Shown here: positions 35,201-39,171 of the stretch, in pieces | Numbering within the stretch: the first letter of the stretch is position 1 | Layout of the letters: each line of letters opens with the position of its first letter | NCBI GenBank assembly: GCA_000388065.2 | Contig: KB932204.1 | Length of the DNA stretch: 39,171 nucleotides | Strand: one strand, 5' to 3' | From: Fonticula alba ATCC 38817 | Lineage: Eukaryota > Protista > Nucleariida | Made by a program: the position numbers and the translations under genes | Notes under the pieces: model-generated | Databases searched by the model: none | What the model was told of the DNA's origin: nothing | Seen by the model: only the letters and a program-made list of their open reading frames with translations

Positions 35201-36180
35201 GCGGCTCCGTGCTCGGAAGAGGAGCTGCAGTGAAGAGAGACTCACATCCCGGGCAAGAGCATTGGGAAGTGCCCTGGAGGACGCTCGTCGGAGAGATAGT
35301 CCCCTGGTGGACAGGCCTGGCTCGAGGGGGGAGCAAGCAAAGAGGGCATGGGCAGAAGGCATGCCAGGGGGAGAGTGGTAAGTGGTACGAGAGGGGGAAA
35401 TGGAGGGAGAGAGAGAGAGAGAGGCGGAAAGGAAAGATGGATGTGTAGTGAGAGAGAGGAAGTGAGAAAACTATGGGCGCACAAATGGCCCGCTGAGGCG
35501 ATGGAAGTTGGCGCGGGTGGGTCGGTAGAAAAGTGTGAGGAAGCCCCATCGGGGCCGGAGGCAAGGCCAGCCAGCAGCGGGGGCTTCGGGAGGGCATGCC
35601 CGGGGCCGGCGGTGGCCAGGGGGGCTGGAGCCGGCACCGGCACCGAGGTCACCGTAGTCCCGATTGGTGAGTGGGCCAATGGAGGAGGCGGCGGGAGAAA
35701 GGCTGCTGAGGGGGGCGGACCGGCCTGCAGCGAAACCGTGGGATCGGGGAAGTTCCCAGGCAGGGAGAAGAGCGACAGGTCCAAACAGAGGGATGCCAGG
35801 TCATTGAGGGTGGCGGCGGCCTGGGAGTAGCTGCCACGAGCGAATGCCTCCCGGGCACTGAAACTCAATTGCGCGGCGCTACTGGCCAGCATGTCTGACG
35901 GGGTGACCGTCAGTTCGGCCAGGCGCGGGGGGGAGGAGCCGGTAGGCAGGAGACCGGGCGGTGGACGTGAGCCAAGCGCAGCCGGGGGAGCTGGCGGAGG
36001 GGACCGGCTGAAGTGCGTCATAATAGGGGGGCGCGTGGTCTGGGGGGCATGGGATGGGTGCGACGCCGATGTCGGTGCAGAAGATGGCGACAAGGGGGAC
36101 GCAGTAGCCGGAGCCGAGATGGGAGTCGAGTCGGGAGGACAAAAGGACGCGGTGGCTGTTGGGGGTGGCTCGCGGGACAT
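29241..36180 (-). CDS. CNOT10-like (CCR4-NOT subunit 10) TPR protein expanded by low-complexity inserts, ~2,196 aa; probable exons 36180-35483, 35303-35122, 35043-34915, 34822-29241
   Basis: Ordered islands resemble recalled CNOT10 segments: QLSFSAREAFARGSYSQAAATLNDL (cf. AFQAFTSGNYDACLQHL), VRHNLSLALF (cf. VLHNIAVAEF), IIWNLAVVHWQACRW (cf. FYNQAVILYHLRQY), WLRCAEKAL (cf. WLRLAECCI), QYAYQCAVNARSLL (cf. EYAAICLRNALLL), SLAIMASASVIAGDPIRAL (cf. ILACSAYVALALGDNLMAL). Exon phases sum to 6,591 nt; the boundaries of exons 2-3 are less certain. Confidence 0.62.
33288..33359 (-). repeat. Mixed-codon GCN repeat encoding 24 consecutive Ala in the CNOT10-like CDS
   Basis: 72 nt of GCN codons counted; a second ~13-Ala run lies about 100 nt downstream in the same frame. 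Confidence 0.93.
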
Positions 36181-38407
36181 TGTGTCTTTGAGGGCGCCGG
36201 CACACGGTCCGGGCACCGCAACGGAGAGCTTGTGAGGCAGGCGAATGTGGGATCGGGCGATTCAAAAATGGGGGGAGGCAGGATTACACAATCTCGGAAG
36301 GCATGTCGCCCGTTGGAGGGGGGGGGGGGAGGGGGGGAGGAGGGGGGAGTGGCTCACTCTCCAGGAGAGATGATAGTGGCGGCGACGGGGTGTGCAAAGG
36401 GCGGATGGGGAGGGGGAGGCAGCGGGAGAGGAGGGGGGGGGGGGGTGCGGACAAGGGAGGTCCCTTGAGGCGCTCTGGAGGGGGGTAGACACCCGGTGTC
36501 GCGCCCGGCGATCCCGAGCCGATGGCCTTTGTGGCTCAGAGTCTGAAGTAAAAGAGAGAGAGAGGGGGGGGGGAACAAGTAAGAAAGCCAGGGTGGGGGG
36601 AAGCACGAACGCTGCTGGAAGACTCGAAGGCACAAGCGAATGGGGCGATCCGACGAGTACTTTCATCCCGGGGTGCCTGGTGGTGCGCGGCTCAGGCCTG
36701 GAAAGAGCCCCCTCCCGGCTGGCCAATCGCCCCCCAGGCTATCATCCTCCGCCAGTCGATGTTCGTGGATGCTCGGCTCTTTGGTCTGAAGAGCGGGTCT
36801 GGCGGACTGCCAGGGCTAATGAGAACTTGGAACAGAGCGACCATGACTCAGGCAACGCCGCAAACCAAACCCACCGCTTCCTCCCCCTTGGAAGACAAAG
36901 GGCACGGAGAGTCAACCGCCGGAGTCGAGCGTCGCATTAAGCTCGTCGCCGAGGGGGGCGATGAATGCCAACGAATGGAGCCCATCCAATTGAGGGATCG
37001 CGGCCTGTTGTGGCGGGATCATGTGTGTGTTGCTTTTTACATGATCATCTGGATGGAAATCAGGATTTTGTGGCGAGTCATGTGTATGTGGGTGTCGCCA
37101 CGGAGTAGCACGGCCACCGGAGCCGACCCCCCACCGCCCTCCCAGCAAGACCGGTCATAGAGCCGACGGTGGAAAGGGCACGCTCCGGGAGGGGCCAACA
37201 TTCGAGGCGCTTCACGAAGCCGCCGGATCGGCCCTCACATCATGCTCGGGTCTTGGGGAGGCAACAGCGCGTGGGTGGGGGGCGGGGGCGGGAGGAGGGA
37301 GTCCCCATGGGCCATGGTTGGTAATTCACGCGGCCCGGGGGGTGCACGCACGCAGCATCCGAGTGTACGTTGGCGCCTCACATGGTCCAGGGGGGCCCTT
37401 TTTCCGGGCATCTGCCGTCTTGTGCGGGCGGTATAACGCCATCTTCGGAGCGAGAGCGTCGGAGAAGCTCACTCCCCGAGGTTTCTCTCGGCGTAGGTCT
37501 GCATGCCCGAGTGATGCGGGCGCGCACGGACGGGGACGGACATTTCCCCAGGCATATTGGCCTTGGAAGGGAGAGGGAGGAGGGGCCCCCCGCGCCCGCA
37601 TGGGCGTCGCGGGAATCGCCGTAGCCTCTGTAGGGGGGATCCCTCAGCGCATTCTGGGTCCGGGGGTGCGCGGGCCGACCGGGGGAGGGCATCTAAATAT
37701 GCTCTGGCAAGAAAGGGCCGGGCGCGTGGGCGCACCCACAGGCCCCCCGGCGAGGGGCGGGGGGGGGGGCCGGGCGAGTGCCGCCAAAAGAGGCGGAAAA
37801 GCAACTCACACAAGAGGAAGAAAGAGAACCATCCAGACCCCCGAGGGCACGTAACTCACGACGTAGCCGGGCCCTGCCCGGCCCCGGGAGCAGACGCGTC
37901 AAACTGGTCAGACTCTCCAGGGGCACCTCATGGCGCAATGCGCGAGGGCCAGGCTTGGCCGTGGCCGTTAGCCGGAGGCGGACGCGGCCGGCCTGGTGGC
38001 GCCCCCCCCCCCCGGCTGGGCAGCGCGAGGTGGGGAGACGCCCTCGCACCGCCGGAGGAGCCCGCATGCCGAGGGGGGTAGTACCACGCCGGCGAGCCGG
38101 CGGAATCGCCCGGTGCAACGCCAGATCGATACGTCGATTGGGGGAGGATGTCACAAGTTCTGGCAATAAGGGGTCATAAAAATAATGGGCCAATATTACT
38201 TCCTCTTTGTGCCTTCAGACCGAGCTCTCGGGCTGGTGGGGGGGGGAGGCCGGCAGGGGTTGTGTGCCTTGCCTCCCGCTTGGGCGGGACCTTGTCACGG
38301 ATATTCCCGCCCTTTCGCGGGCGGTTCTGCGCGCCTGGTTGGTGGCTGCCAGAAGCGCGCGCACAACAAGCCAACTGGGTGGAATTTTCGCGCCCTGACT
38401 TGCGGGT

Positions 38408-38426
38408 GCGCGCGCGCGCGCGCGCG
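38408..38426. repeat. (GC)n alternating tract, 19 nt
   Basis: Perfect alternation seen directly, in the region upstream of the CNOT10-like gene. Confidence 0.93.
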
Positions 38427-39135
38427 TCATAACCAACGGTGAGAAAGGGAAATGCCCGCCCTTCTTGGCTGGCGCGACCCTTCTGGCTGTGGCCGATGGG
38501 GGGGCGGGGGGGGGGGAGGGGACATGGCCGTGAGACGCGCGTCGAGAGGGCCTGTTCATTTGAGCGGCTCGGAGGTGCTCGGCCGCGCTGTGGGCGGCTG
38601 CACAGGCCGGGCCGGGCACTTGGGGCCTGACGCTGTCCGTGCGAAGCTCCTGTGTGGGCATGTGCAGGAACCTCGGGCGTCCACGCGCCAGGTGGCGTGT
38701 TGGAGGACCGCGTGTTCGCGCGGGCACTCCGCGCTCGGAGCTGGTTGCGTCCTGGCGCCCAGGTCCCCGAGCGAGAGACTTGCCCCGGGGTCCGGAGGCG
38801 CATGACTCGCGTGGGTCCTTTGCATGACCCCTCCTTGTCGGAGGGGGCGGAGGCCGGGGCGAGTCCGGCGGGCGGGCGGGCGGGCGGGCGCATCAGTCGA
38901 TTGCTCGGTCGGTGGTGCGGCCGGGCGAGCTTCCCGGGGGCAGGCACTGGCCAGGCTCAAGAGCTCTGGCGGCTGGGACGTGCGCGGGCGGGGGGTCCGG
39001 CTTGTGCTACAGGTGGTTTCGCCGCTCCTTCCCCCGCTCGTGGGCGGTCGCAAGCAGGGCGCCCCCCCGGGAGGTTCTCTGTCGGCGACAGGCGCACGGC
39101 CGGCGCGCGGGGGCGAGGGGGACGGGGGAGAGAGG

Positions 39136-39171
<36 letters not shown>

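Noticed and set aside
36600-37200. ORFs 36759-37160 (+) and 36912-37148 (-) in a locally AT-richer patch
   Set aside because: No family motif, weak codon bias and no supported splice structure; left unannotated.
37200-39171. Many short ORFs at the window end
   Set aside because: Low-complexity GC-rich sequence with no coherent coding signal.

Overview
A GC-rich, intron-containing eukaryotic genomic window with many poly-G/poly-C tracts and four N gaps. There is no sign of bacterial operons, CRISPR, rRNA/tRNA or transposases. The style resembles a non-fungal opisthokont protist such as Fonticula, but that is an inference. Seven spliced genes can be built by hand with frame-consistent GT-AG introns: (1) a small protein with a mitochondrial presequence and a TatA/TatB-like TM-GP hinge-amphipathic helix, visible only after removing an in-frame intron; (2) a ~4,226-aa huntingtin-like HEAT protein; (3) malic enzyme with a hydrophobic N-terminal exon; (4) TIM22; (5) SmE; (6) a divergent PEX5, truncated by a gap; (7) a ~2,196-aa CNOT10-like TPR protein. 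The best novelty candidate is the nucleus-encoded, mitochondrion-targeted Tat subunit. All family calls rest on motifs recalled from memory; no database search was run.
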